A DNA stretch of 47,724 nt, filler included, from Stramenopiles sp. TOSAG23-2 (GCA_900128395.1; 2 parts of 2 records of this genome joined end to end with filler, not necessarily neighbours in it); one strand, 5' to 3'; shown: positions 10,930-22,366, counted from the whole stretch's first letter. A program made the numbers and translations. The notes: a model not told the origin generated them from the letters alone.

Positions 10930-13900
10930 ATGGGAAAACATTCAAATACAACGTCGTTGACGGGGAAATATCGAAAGAAACCGAGTACCTCTGCGTCATC
11001 GTCGTCGGCGCGGATGAAAACATTAAATAGAATGAATAAAAATGATAATCAACATCGTCAGGATAATAATAATAAAAGAACTTCTTTCTCCAGCAGCAGA
11101 ACCTCTACATCTTCTTCTTCCAACTCCTCTTCCTCTTCCTCCCGTCATATAAAATCGGGTGGTATTACATCTGAAAAGAATGATAAAAATACTATGATGA
11201 AAAGTACTAGAAATGCTTCAATAGATTCATTTTTCACAAAGAAAAGTATTAATAATAATAGTGATGATGAAGATGATTTAGATATAATAAATAAAAATAA
11301 ACATGATAATAATAACAACAGTTCAAACGTTATTTCTATGACACAAGAAGAAGGATTTCGCGTTATGTGGAAAACATCTCCTGGCAGGCGCAATAGCAAT
11401 GGCATTTTGCGTGAATCAAACTCCATTTTTGGTAATAATCGTAATGGAAATGGTTTATTAGGTAATAGTGGGACTACCGTTGATGTACAAAATGAAGTCA
11501 ATATGATTGATGACGTATTAAAGTCTTTACGAAGCAATGATCACTCACATAGTGTAGAAAGAAATAAAAAACGCCGTAGGCATGATGTAGAGTTATCCAC
11601 CTCGCCAAGACCAGATGGAGCGTTATTAATTAATAATATGCCTGGAAATATTTTAATACGCCAAGGCAGTAACAATAATGGTGGAGATCATTTTGACAAT
11701 AATAGTAAAGACAACGAATTTTTAAAACCAAGGAGTCGTTTAGAGGAAAATATGAAAGCAATACAACGTGTAAACCAAGCAAAACGTATTAAACGGAAGC
11801 GTAAAGAAACTTTTGGAAAATATAAAATTAATAATAAAGGCATTGGCGTTCGTACATCTATATCGCGTTTATCATCTAGAGTTGATTTAGACGATTTGTT
11901 TAGTGATAGTGACGATGAGGAAGATAGTATGACGACGAGCAATGATGGTGGCGAGGATGGGCAACAACAACAACAAAAACAAAAACAGCAGCAGCAAGAT
12001 GATGATATTGTTGAAATTAAAAACGAAGAGGATACCGTATTAGTAAATTCACAACCTTCTAATGATGATGTTGATGAGAAAAATAAGAACGATAAAGATA
12101 ATGTTAATAAAATCGAGATTCTTGAGTTAAACTCTACCGTACCTTCACCAGTACGTCCTAATGTTCGAAATGTGAAGAATAATGATGGTAAGAAGAAACC
12201 AATTTTATCCTTGTCACAAAATGCTGCTACAAAAATTCAAAAACATGAGAAGACTCGTATTGTAAGAAAAAAAATGGAAAGGATAGATGCTATGAAAACA
12301 ACAACCACAGCTATTACAAGTACAGGTACTATTGCTAATGCTTCTGCAGCTACAGCAATTAATAATGACAACAACAACAATACTAATACTAGTATCATCG
12401 ATGACGACGATGAATGGGCTTTACGTGCTTTGGAATTAACGATGTTGAAACAACAAAAGAAAAAAGCAAGTGCAATACCTCAACAAGTAAAACAACAAAA
12501 AAACAATAAATTCCAAAAAACCTCAACGATTTTAGCGCCGACTCAAACTCATGTTAGTGTTGCACAAGATTCAACCTTCCGGCCATTGCCATTATACTCA
12601 ATGAGTAATGCAAAACAATTGTATACTCGTTTTAAAGTCACGAGCCGTGTAACAAATACTGGCACAGAAAAGAAGTTTGTTGTAAAGCCAGATAAAAGTT
12701 TTTTACCAAGTAATACAATTGTTACGGAAGATCCATTTGCAATGCCACTTATTGTTCGTTTACGTGGAATTTGGATGAGTACTGAAGTAGAAGAACGCGA
12801 TTCCATCAATATCGTATGGGATCCGTGGATTATGCAAAATAGCAAAAATAGCAATGGCAGCAATAACCATTCAGTTGTGAAAAATTTAAAAGAAGCAATG
12901 GAGAGAAATGAAATTGTTGTGGATAATAATAGCCATTGGATTATTTTAAGACCTGACGTCTTGATATCACCAAGTGTAGTAGGGACGGCATCGAAATGTT
13001 TAAGACAAGCTATAATTTCCTCTAAACTACGAGACAGTGCTAGTGCGAAGATCTGTACATTAGGAAATTTAAAGCACGATTTATTTGAACATGCCTTATT
13101 AGATGGGAACTTAAGCACCGATTATTTAAGAAATGCGTCTTCAGATATTATATACAAACGAGCACAAGAATGCTATGCTTCTGGATTGCGGGATGATGAA
13201 GCGTTAGCAGAGATGAATAAATTTATACCTAAACTGAAACAATGGGCATCGATAATAATGCGACAATCAAATCTGAACAATCACCATCCAGCTATGAATG
13301 GTTCATCTAATAGAGCTGGAAATGGTATTGAAATCATGGATACTACTGGCTCTACGTTGCGATTTGCAATTGATAATATTCTTGCAACGGAGGAAGATAT
13401 TTTATCCCCTATGTGGGGTTTACGTGCTCGACCAGATGCATCAGCAGTTGTCAAGATTGAGTATCAACATCACAATATGAATCAAAATTTACAGCGTGAT
13501 ATGCAACAAGATAAAAAATCGGGAAGATATGTGTCTCCATTAGAATTGAAAACTGGTAATCCACATCAATCTCACCAAGCACAAGCATTGTTATATGCAA
13601 GAGCATTTATGGATCGTTATGGTGGGGATACAAATGTAATTGGCCCGCCACCAGTTGGGACGGAAGTGTTAAAACCATCATTATCTGCCACTAATGCACA
13701 TAGTAATACTACAACGTTGAATGGTGCAATATTGATATATTTAGGACTTCGGGATGGGAGTCAAGATAAAGAAAAGGTATTATATGTACGCGAAAAACGT
13801 TTAGAGCTCCAAGCATTGTTTGGATTACGAAATAATTTAGCAAGGACTATGGCTGAGAATATACGAGGGGAAGTAAAATTAGCATCACCATTGAGTAGCA

Positions 13901-16704
13901 ATAGTCAAAGCGATGGGGGAAAAAGACATACAGCACCTGCATGTAGACCGTTACCAGGTGTAATAGGCCGCAAGGGTGCATGTGATATGTGTTATGTACG
14001 TGATGTTTGCTCATTATACCATAAAGGTTGGGAAAATGGAACGGAAGAGACTGCTAGAATGGGGCCTGCATTTAATGAAGCGATCGGCCATTTATCGGAA
14101 AGTCATTTGGAATACTATAGGAAATGGGATAGACTGTTAGACCTTGAGGATTCACAATTGCATCGTAGCAGTAAAATGTTATGGCGTGTACCCGCAAGTG
14201 AGCGTCAAGCCAGAGGCACTTGCGCAGCAAATTTATTATTAACAAAAAAAGAGCGACAGACGAATTCAAGTAAAAACATAACGTTTGAATATACGTTTTC
14301 AAGGAAAAAAGAAGACTTAACACCAACGCAAAATTCAACTAGTAGTAATAGTGCATTTGGTTATTCCCCATCACGACAAAACGATTTTTCAGAATATTAC
14401 AACAAGAGATTGGAAAACACATTTTCACAAGGCGACAAAGTTGTAATAAGTGTTGATTCATCTCACGTTGCGTTAGGCCGAGCAGTGGTAGTAAGTGTAA
14501 CTCGAGATCGAATTATGATATCATCGAAAATTCCTTTGGCAATTCCATCATCATTAAAACGTGTTTTGAATACTCAAAATAATATTTGCAATAACAACAT
14601 TGGGGATGATAATGACGAACAGATTCTTTGGTGTTTGGATAGAGATGTATACGAAAGTGGAATGAAATCAGCCCGTCAAAATATTCGTCGAATGTTGATT
14701 GGCCCATCGCCAACATCAAAATACCAGAAAAAAAAGTTAGAGAAAGAACCAAAACAACTTGCGCTACGAGAGGAAATTACAAATCGCACAAGGAGATTAC
14801 GGGAGCTTATTGTTGATGGCAAAAGACCCAAATTTATGCATAATTGGAAACAAACTTTTCAATTACAAAATATGTCGAATTGGGCAGTGCCTGGGCAATC
14901 CGTCGCTGGTTGCGAGACAAGAGGTCTTGTGGATAATTTTAACATAATGAATGATGACCAAAGCGAAGCGTTGAGAATGTGTTTAAGTGCTTCTGATTAT
15001 GCCATGGTTTTAGGAATGCCCGGTACTGGTAAAACGACGTTAATTGCATTACTAGTCCGTTCTCTAATTAATCAAGGTAAACGTGTCTTGTTGTCATCGT
15101 TTACAAATTCAGCAGTTGATAATATGTTGTTAAAATTAAGAGATGCTGGGGTAGATTTCGTACGTATTGGAAATGAAAAGAGTGTACATCCACATATACG
15201 ACCAAATATGCCACAAATATTAGCACAAACAAAACGAAAAACGGAAAGCCCGATCAATGCAGTAGAACAAATTATTGAAAGTGCAAAATTAATCGGGACA
15301 ACATGTTTATCATGTGGTAGTGGATTAATGCAGCAGCTACGATTTGATGTTTGTATAGTGGACGAAGCATCGCAAATTACGGAAGCTACATGCCTCGGGC
15401 CACTTCATTTAGCTGATAAATTTATATTAGTTGGAGATCACAATCAATTGACTGCAGTGGTGCGCAATAAAAATGCAAAGAAAGAGGGTCTAGCCACAAG
15501 TTTGTTTAAACGCTTAGCTGATCTGCACCCTGAATCTGTATGCCAATTAACATATCAATATCGAATGAATAAAGAAATTATGTCTTTAGCCAATTGCTTA
15601 GTATATGAAGAAAAATTAAAATGTGGTTCAACAAAAGTTGCCAATCGACAATTGCAAATTCCTGCAAGTATTTTGAACAATCCGAAAATTTTGCCATGGC
15701 CACGACTACACAAGGAAACATTAAACACTGGGCATTGGTTAAAAGATATTTTACGACCGGATAAACCTGTCATATTTGTTGATACTGATGGTATTGGTGT
15801 CCCATCATTAGAAAAAAGAACAGATATTCGAATGTTATCTCCAGATTCAAGCAATGTTAGTAACAATGGAAACAAAGCATCTCGTGTGACATACTCAAAA
15901 GGTGGTCTTGTTAATCGTGTAGAAGCGTCGTTAGTGGATACATGTATTGCTGGTTTGATACGTTGCCGTGTACCAATCGAAGATATTGGTGTCATCTGTC
16001 CATATCGCTCGCAATTAAAAGTGTTGAAAAGTCCAGCTGTACTGGGCAAATATGGCGAAGATTTGGAAGTGCAAACGGTTGATAAATATCAAGGTAGGGA
16101 TAAACCATGTATTATTGTATCTTTGGTTCGTTCAAATGATAAATTTATTGTTGGAGAACTGTTGCGCGATTGGCGTAGAATCAATGTTGCATTTACACGA
16201 GCCATGTGTAAACTTATCATATTTGGTTCACATAAAACATTAACTGGTTCAAAAGAAAAGCATATTAAAACATTTATGTCAAAAGTCAATAAATCAGGTT
16301 GGCGATACTCATTGCATAAGCAAGGTCATCGATTTTATCGTCATTATTTTGAAAAAAATATCAAAAGGAGAAATGCGAATAACAATTCTTCCCTTGAAAG
16401 TAGTCTATCGAGTCATGCAAGTAGTAGTGGCGGTGTGGTTGGTAATAGCGTTAGTAATAAGAATGTGACGTTATTGACATCAAAAGAGAATGTGATAAAC
16501 CATCATCAACCAATAAAAGGAAAAAACGATAATAATAATAATAGCAGTAATAGTAGTTCTTCATCTGAATTTATTAAGCGAGCTAAACCAACCCGAATCG
16601 TACCAAATCAAAAAACCAAAGTAATACGAAAAGAAAAGCAACCAGGTACAGTTATGTATGAAATTGAAAAAGATGGCGATGTTTTCAATAGTAAACATTT
16701 TTAA
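10930..16704 (+). CDS. DNA2: DNA replication ATP-dependent helicase/nuclease Dna2
   Basis: Nuclease domain with four Fe-S cysteines (KCLRQ; CDMCYVRDVC), GNLKHDLFE, EEDILSPMWGLRARPDA, PLELKTG and HQAQALLY. SF1 helicase motifs GMPGTGKTT, DEASQ, VGDHNQL, QYRM, TVDKYQGRDK and RRINVAFTRA. Long disordered N-terminus. Confidence 0.96.
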   Translation: MGKHSNTTSLTGKYRKKPSTSASSSSARMKTLNRMNKNDNQHRQDNNNKRTSFSSSRTSTSSSSNSSSSSSRHIKSGGITSEKNDKNTMMKSTRNASIDSFFTKKSINNNSDDEDDLDIINKNKHDNNNNSSNVISMTQEEGFRVMWKTSPGRRNSNGILRESNSIFGNNRNGNGLLGNSGTTVDVQNEVNMIDDVLKSLRSNDHSHSVERNKKRRRHDVELSTSPRPDGALLINNMPGNILIRQGSNNNGGDHFDNNSKDNEFLKPRSRLEENMKAIQRVNQAKRIKRKRKETFGKYKINNKGIGVRTSISRLSSRVDLDDLFSDSDDEEDSMTTSNDGGEDGQQQQQKQKQQQQDDDIVEIKNEEDTVLVNSQPSNDDVDEKNKNDKDNVNKIEILELNSTVPSPVRPNVRNVKNNDGKKKPILSLSQNAATKIQKHEKTRIVRKKMERIDAMKTTTTAITSTGTIANASAATAINNDNNNNTNTSIIDDDDEWALRALELTMLKQQKKKASAIPQQVKQQKNNKFQKTSTILAPTQTHVSVAQDSTFRPLPLYSMSNAKQLYTRFKVTSRVTNTGTEKKFVVKPDKSFLPSNTIVTEDPFAMPLIVRLRGIWMSTEVEERDSINIVWDPWIMQNSKNSNGSNNHSVVKNLKEAMERNEIVVDNNSHWIILRPDVLISPSVVGTASKCLRQAIISSKLRDSASAKICTLGNLKHDLFEHALLDGNLSTDYLRNASSDIIYKRAQECYASGLRDDEALAEMNKFIPKLKQWASIIMRQSNLNNHHPAMNGSSNRAGNGIEIMDTTGSTLRFAIDNILATEEDILSPMWGLRARPDASAVVKIEYQHHNMNQNLQRDMQQDKKSGRYVSPLELKTGNPHQSHQAQALLYARAFMDRYGGDTNVIGPPPVGTEVLKPSLSATNAHSNTTTLNGAILIYLGLRDGSQDKEKVLYVREKRLELQALFGLRNNLARTMAENIRGEVKLASPLSSNSQSDGGKRHTAPACRPLPGVIGRKGACDMCYVRDVCSLYHKGWENGTEETARMGPAFNEAIGHLSESHLEYYRKWDRLLDLEDSQLHRSSKMLWRVPASERQARGTCAANLLLTKKERQTNSSKNITFEYTFSRKKEDLTPTQNSTSSNSAFGYSPSRQNDFSEYYNKRLENTFSQGDKVVISVDSSHVALGRAVVVSVTRDRIMISSKIPLAIPSSLKRVLNTQNNICNNNIGDDNDEQILWCLDRDVYESGMKSARQNIRRMLIGPSPTSKYQKKKLEKEPKQLALREEITNRTRRLRELIVDGKRPKFMHNWKQTFQLQNMSNWAVPGQSVAGCETRGLVDNFNIMNDDQSEALRMCLSASDYAMVLGMPGTGKTTLIALLVRSLINQGKRVLLSSFTNSAVDNMLLKLRDAGVDFVRIGNEKSVHPHIRPNMPQILAQTKRKTESPINAVEQIIESAKLIGTTCLSCGSGLMQQLRFDVCIVDEASQITEATCLGPLHLADKFILVGDHNQLTAVVRNKNAKKEGLATSLFKRLADLHPESVCQLTYQYRMNKEIMSLANCLVYEEKLKCGSTKVANRQLQIPASILNNPKILPWPRLHKETLNTGHWLKDILRPDKPVIFVDTDGIGVPSLEKRTDIRMLSPDSSNVSNNGNKASRVTYSKGGLVNRVEASLVDTCIAGLIRCRVPIEDIGVICPYRSQLKVLKSPAVLGKYGEDLEVQTVDKYQGRDKPCIIVSLVRSNDKFIVGELLRDWRRINVAFTRAMCKLIIFGSHKTLTGSKEKHIKTFMSKVNKSGWRYSLHKQGHRFYRHYFEKNIKRRNANNNSSLESSLSSHASSSGGVVGNSVSNKNVTLLTSKENVINHHQPIKGKNDNNNNSSNSSSSSEFIKRAKPTRIVPNQKTKVIRKEKQPGTVMYEIEKDGDVFNSKHF

Positions 16705-16768
16705 AGATTACTGTACACATATATTCGTATGTGTATTTATATTATAAACGAGGGGATAGAAGTGAAAA

Positions 16769-16833
16769 GCGGGAGAACAGCGGGAGACGGGAGAGGAGAG
16801 AGAGAGAGAGAGAGAGAAGGAGAGAAGGAGAGA
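16769..16833. repeat. Purine-rich (GA)n microsatellite with CGGGAGA units
   Basis: CGGGAGA three times, then a (GA)n run and AGGAGAGA units, between two convergent genes. Confidence 0.8.
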
Positions 16834-17053
16834 AATGTAAGAAACAATATATTTTTAACATAAAAATATTTATATATAAATTAATATACGATATCATGTA
16901 AAAAAATATTTTTTATATTTATAAATCTCAACACTTTTACCTTTTTGCTACTTCATACGTATCTTTTTTCGCAATTATAATCACATACATATTCCTATAT
17001 TTTGCCATGAATGGCATAAAATGTCATAAAATATCATATAATAATTACATTTT

Positions 17054-17458
17054 TTATAATTTTGATGCACGTTCATCTGCTGCTTTTTTTTGTGCTGCAT
17101 ATTTATTTGCATCCCAATAATCTACCCATCTTGTGATAAGTCCATTTTTATCAACATCAAAGACACCCATTAGTGGTATTTCAGTTGGTGTTGGATCACC
17201 ATTGTTCCAAAACCTATCCACCCGCTCATTCATGACGCATGTCTCACTTGCTGTTTGACGCAAAACTTCCCATTCTACTCGATCTGCGCTCATCAAGCTA
17301 CCCAAGAATTTACGGACAAAATCATGTCCTTTGCCCCCCCCCACCGGATCGTTTTCATATATAACGTCCTCGTGACACAATGCTATCATAGCATCTAAAT
17401 TTTGTGCGTCAGCTGCTTTTATAAATGCATTCACGACTCTTTCTGCTTTGGTAGACAT
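17054..17458 (-). CDS. Limonene-1,2-epoxide hydrolase-like protein (NTF2/SnoaL fold)
   Basis: 134 aa with EDVIYENDP (Tyr/Asn water-binding pair), MNERVDRF (Arg-x-Asp) and ITRWVDYWD (Trp-x-Asp), the LEH catalytic constellation. Confidence 0.85.
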   Translation of the reverse strand: MSTKAERVVNAFIKAADAQNLDAMIALCHEDVIYENDPVGGGKGHDFVRKFLGSLMSADRVEWEVLRQTASETCVMNERVDRFWNNGDPTPTEIPLMGVFDVDKNGLITRWVDYWDANKYAAQKKAADERASKL

Positions 17459-17788
17459 TTTGTTATTGCTATTATTCGTTGTTGTTAGACAATATTGTTG
17501 TTAAAAAGACTATGATATTTTGTTTTCATTGTATGTATATTTCTATCTCTGTTTTCTTACGTTATTTTGTTCTTTTAACTGTGTATAGTTGTAAAAGATA
17601 TGTTTTTGTTGGACTGAGATTATTATAGCGAGAAGATCGAAAGTGCAAGCATGGCAAGTCCAAAAAGAGAGCCTGGAGAGGCAATACAAACAGGTTATTA
17701 TTAAAAAATACGAAGGAACACACTGCATCTAGTAAAATAGTAAATTAGACATATATAATATTACAAACTAAATATTCACTCCTATTCA

Positions 17789-18754
17789 TCAACCTAATAC
17801 TTTTGTGAAAAACGTAGATAAACCTAATATGGTTGATAGATCTGCTTCGTTTGGATTCTCGTAAAGTCCAATTGTATTCAATGCTTCTTTCATTTCTTCA
17901 ACAACATCTAAAAAATTTAAATCAGCTAATGTCAAATTTGCTAAACAGGAACTTCTTCTTTTCTTATCCACATGCATTAAATGTTTTTGAAAGACCATAT
18001 CTACACATTTATCTAACGATACATCTGTACTGAGCATATTCCAATTATATAACCATTCGATGGTTGAATGCTCCCCATAATGATCAAAAACTTCCTCACC
18101 TTTTGCATAATCAACCTTTGCTTTTAAAATGATTTTTTCGCCCTTCTCTGGTAAAAAGTTAACTTCACTACCTTTTATCCTGTCATGATTAAAGCGATCA
18201 AATACAGGTGCCATTCCATGTGCTTTCCAACTTCGAGTAAGGACTACACTCAATGGTTGATATAAATGCTCTCTATAGCCTAATCTTTTTCTTTCAGTAT
18301 CAAGATACCTGTCAAAAAATTTAGTAGTATTAACCAACGTTGAATTTTTTACTCTATTTCCACAAATAGCAGTTTGACATGTTTTAGGCAATGAATCTAA
18401 ATATGGTTTAAAAAATGGATCTGTACTATTGTAAAGAATTTCTGCCATTGTATAGTCTGACATATTGCCATTTCTTTTTCTCAAAGGAAACAAAAACGAA
18501 AAGTTTGCTTGTACTAATATTTCACCAGCTTTAATATTATCCGTTGCTACCATACGTCTATTTGTTTTATCATATTTACATTTATTTATTATACCACCTT
18601 GTTCTCTAAACCATTTTTCTAATTCATCTGAATCTTCTTCTAATACAATATTATTATTATTGTTATTGTTGGATAATACAAATTGATTTTGAATGCATAG
18701 TATAAATATCAATAATACTATTATAATTATTGTTGAAATCTTTTTTACAAGCAT
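17789..18754 (-). CDS. SET-domain protein (Rubisco LSMT/SETD3-SETD6-like class) with N-terminal signal peptide or anchor
   Basis: LEKWFREQGG, RRMVATDNIKAGEILV, FFKPYLDSLP, MAPVFDRFNHD and GEEVFDHYG are class VII-type SET motifs. N-terminal hydrophobic stretch IIIIVLLIFILCI. Confidence 0.85.
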   Translation of the reverse strand: MLVKKISTIIIIVLLIFILCIQNQFVLSNNNNNNNIVLEEDSDELEKWFREQGGIINKCKYDKTNRRMVATDNIKAGEILVQANFSFLFPLRKRNGNMSDYTMAEILYNSTDPFFKPYLDSLPKTCQTAICGNRVKNSTLVNTTKFFDRYLDTERKRLGYREHLYQPLSVVLTRSWKAHGMAPVFDRFNHDRIKGSEVNFLPEKGEKIILKAKVDYAKGEEVFDHYGEHSTIEWLYNWNMLSTDVSLDKCVDMVFQKHLMHVDKKRRSSCLANLTLADLNFLDVVEEMKEALNTIGLYENPNEADLSTILGLSTFFTKVLG

Positions 18755-18996
18755 TTTATTATTTATCTTTGTTTATTGTTTATCTATTGCTCTTTTTACG
18801 TTGTTAACTGATTCACGTAGATAGTAATATATGGTGTGTATATTTTTCAATTTTCTGCATATCCTTCCTTCAGTATATTAATATGTATTATTATTTATAT
18901 TGGATATATGTTTGTAAAGTGACCATCCAAAGAAGAAAAGGGAATAAGTTCATCACATTGGAGAAAAAAATAAAAAAAATATTTTTTAAAGATAAT

Positions 18997-19129
18997 ACAC
19001 ACACACACACACACACAACATCTATCAACAATTCTCTTTTGCTTCGTATCTACGAGTCGTATATATTTGTACATGCATCCTTTGTACAACAATGAGTGCT
19101 TTTTGTCACACACACACACACACACACAC
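18997..19129. repeat. Two (CA)n microsatellites
   Basis: (AC)~10 at 18997-19017 and (CA)~11 at 19107-19129. Confidence 0.9.
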
Positions 19130-19168
19130 CGCGCCTCATCCCTTTCTCTACTACTCCTACTACATTTC

Positions 19169-20521
19169 TTAATTCATTTTTTTCAATTTATTATTATCAT
19201 TATCATTAGTATTATCTGATGAAGATTGAATACTTTGTATTAAGATACCATTTTTAAACAATGGATTCGAAGTATATCCTTTTATAAGTTCACCAATAAT
19301 CCAGACATTTATTGTAAAAAAGATTACAGATGCAATCCATAATTGTAAAAATACACTTTCACCATCTAATTCTAACCCTTTTGCCCATAGTAACCAATGT
19401 ACTTCGCCGCAAAACCAAAATAAAATTAATTGAAAACCTTTCCATTTAAATTTTATATTTGTCGTTGGTAATATAATTGGCAATAAACAACAATACCATA
19501 GAAAATATTGTGCAGTACATACTTTACACCATGCTACGAAAACGTATGTGGCAAGAAAAAATGCAAATGGTAAATCTTCTCCATATTTAATACCAATAGA
19601 TATCCATAAAATAATTTGTGGTAAAAATGCTAATAATCCAGTATTTAATGATCCATTACCATCACTACCACTACCATTATTATCATATGATAAATATAAA
19701 TCATAAAAATACATTGAAAAATTATGTCGATTATCTTTACGTACAAAATGATATAAATATGTTTCATATAAAAATTCATATCCATACATATGATAAAATA
19801 TACCAATTAAAGATAAAAACAAACCACCACTAATTGCACCAAAGACAATACGATCACGATTTGCTATGAAGGATATTGGAAATTTCCAAGTTGATTTTGG
19901 TATACCACGATATGTTGTTCGATCTAAAAATATTAATATAGATGGTACATATACAATCGGATAAATTTTAAAATGTACAGCAAAACCATATACTAATGCA
20001 CTTAATACAACTTGTTTTTTCATTAATAAATAAATAGTCAATAGACATAATAAACCAACCAATGGATCTGCATTCCCACGAGTAGAAATTGTAAATGATA
20101 TTGGACTAAATAACCATCCAAATGTCACAAAATTTAATGTTTTCTTTGTAGACAATCCTCTTAAAATTAATATTTCATAAATAAAATATCCAACAGCTAA
20201 ATCAGCAAAAATAAATAAAATTTTACCAAAGGAAAAGAATGTTGGTATATGTGTTGGCCATAAAATATATGCAAGCACAGGTGTATAACGATATGTTGCG
20301 CGTTTAAATGGCGTCTCGCCATTTGCAACATGTTTTGCTGCGTCTGTATATACATAATAATCAATATCCGTATATTTAAAAGCAAAATTTGCATCTTGCC
20401 AACAACCATATATAAATAATATTAAACGTAATATAAATGCAATAATAAATGTTTTTTTATATGTATTATTTTCATTGACAATATTGAAAATATTTTGAAA
20501 AGTTTCAACAATGATTTTCAT
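19169..20521 (-). CDS. PIGM: GPI mannosyltransferase 1 (PIG-M/Gpi14)
   Basis: KYTDIDYYVYTDAA (DxD motif), PFKRATYRYTPVLAY, ISTRGNAD, VHFKIYP, YLYHFVRKDNRHNFSMYFY and KVCTAQYFLWY; polytopic membrane protein with a dilysine-like tail KLKKMN. Confidence 0.97.
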   Translation of the reverse strand: MKIIVETFQNIFNIVNENNTYKKTFIIAFILRLILFIYGCWQDANFAFKYTDIDYYVYTDAAKHVANGETPFKRATYRYTPVLAYILWPTHIPTFFSFGKILFIFADLAVGYFIYEILILRGLSTKKTLNFVTFGWLFSPISFTISTRGNADPLVGLLCLLTIYLLMKKQVVLSALVYGFAVHFKIYPIVYVPSILIFLDRTTYRGIPKSTWKFPISFIANRDRIVFGAISGGLFLSLIGIFYHMYGYEFLYETYLYHFVRKDNRHNFSMYFYDLYLSYDNNGSGSDGNGSLNTGLLAFLPQIILWISIGIKYGEDLPFAFFLATYVFVAWCKVCTAQYFLWYCCLLPIILPTTNIKFKWKGFQLILFWFCGEVHWLLWAKGLELDGESVFLQLWIASVIFFTINVWIIGELIKGYTSNPLFKNGILIQSIQSSSDNTNDNDNNKLKKMN

Positions 20522-21541
20522 GTTGTTTAATTGGTGGTTGTTGTATTCTGATGAGGTGGTTGGTTGGTTGGTTGGTTGAGTGATGTGAAAAATGGTTTCT
20601 TGTTTGTTTGTTTGTTGAAAGTATTCTATTCTATCTATGTATAATATACATTATTATTTTCATTTGTAATTATAATTTTTTGAAATTCAAATAATAATAA
20701 TATATATTTTTTATATTGCATCCTCGCCCTACCAGCCTACTACTTACTAACAACCCTAATTAGAACATGAAAATTTACATAAACAACAACAGTGGCAGCA
20801 GCAAAAAGCCACGCAAAAAGTCGAAAGCCTCGCGAGATGAGATGGCGCAACATTGCAAATTGGGTAAATAAACTCATTTTTCCTTTTTCTACCCATTGCA
20901 AACATCATTAATTTACCATTTCTGTATCCAATATAAAATTATAAAAAGTTCATGTTAGTTCAATTGCATAATATGGATAAAAATAATTGGACTTAACTTA
21001 CTCTTTCATTTTGTCATAAATCACGGCGGATTATTTAAGCAAATTACATTATGATAGTCGAGAGCAATTATATGACGACTGGTTAGCAAATGAACGTGTT
21101 GTCTCCGGGCAACGCATCTGCTGTAACGGAAGGTACCCAGACTCCATTGGGCACAAGTACCACGCAAATAAATGTGATGCAAAGCCTCGCATCTGCTGCA
21201 CCAGTACGTAACAATGAGACTGATGAAGATGTTGATTCTAATGATAACTGTGCACATGCATATAAATTTCTTTATATCATTACCAGCAAATACACTTTTC
21301 ATAATGCTGTGTGCCTGTTATTTCACTCTACCATGGAAATACAAGGGCGGAACATCATCATCAAAGCAACCAAAACACAAAGCACCAAAAAACCCATTAA
21401 AAAGGAGGGGAAAATTCATTTAAAATAGAATAGAAAAATAGAAATACATATTGTTGATCAAGAACAATGTACAATGATTGTACAAACGTGTAATGTAACA
21501 TAGTAACAATTGTCTCTAGTAACACTCGGAACAACATCAAC

Positions 21542-22366
21542 ATGCCGTTATCATCATCGCCAATTTCGTCTTCTTCTTCTTCTATTTCATCATCATCTCG
21601 TATTCGTAAATATAATAATAATTATAAACAACAAAATTGGATAATAATAACAATATTATTTATTGTATTATTATTATGTAATAATTTTGTAAGTAGTAAT
21701 ACAATACGTTATGATGATCTGAATTCACCATATGCTAGAGGAAGTCCATATGGATCCTCTTATCCAGATGCAAATTCTGTTGATACAGGTTCATACGCAG
21801 GTGTTTATCATCCAATGGGTAATTTCCATGGTTTTGAAGGTTTTACACCACCAACTGTACAGTTAGCAACAAGTACAACACCAAATAATAAAATAGCACA
21901 AAGTGCATATAATTACTCTACACCGTGGGGTGATTATTTACATCCTGGTGTACATCCAATGTGGCCAATACCACCATCGCCATTAGGACCACAATTAAAT
22001 TCACAATATCGTAATGATGTTCAAAATCTAGCAAATGCACCAGATTCGTTACGATATGGTATACAAGGTGCACATGCTTTTAGTGCTTTTCGTAAATATA
22101 AATTTGGCCTTGGGCAAATACCACATGGTCCACGAGCTTGGCCATATGCTGGTGCACCAGGTGGTGAACCACATCCTTTTTTGCATACTGGAAAAATTCC
22201 AGCAACATGGCCAAATGGTAGAGATACAACTGGTACAATCCGTGCATCACAAAGTGTATTAAATCCATATGGATCAAATAATGCATTGCGTGCAGCATCT
22301 TTTTTAGAAATGAATACTGTTAAAAGAAGAAGAAGTGCATATAAAAATAAACGTCCCTTGTTGTAA
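21542..22366 (+). CDS. Secreted or signal-anchored Pro/Gly/Tyr-rich protein of unknown function
   Basis: Hydrophobic segment WIIITILFIVLLLC followed by a P/G/Y/W-rich mature region; SFLE then KRRR near the C-terminus; strong A/T-ending codon bias typical of this window's genes. Confidence 0.8.
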   Translation: MPLSSSPISSSSSSISSSSRIRKYNNNYKQQNWIIITILFIVLLLCNNFVSSNTIRYDDLNSPYARGSPYGSSYPDANSVDTGSYAGVYHPMGNFHGFEGFTPPTVQLATSTTPNNKIAQSAYNYSTPWGDYLHPGVHPMWPIPPSPLGPQLNSQYRNDVQNLANAPDSLRYGIQGAHAFSAFRKYKFGLGQIPHGPRAWPYAGAPGGEPHPFLHTGKIPATWPNGRDTTGTIRASQSVLNPYGSNNALRAASFLEMNTVKRRRSAYKNKRPLL

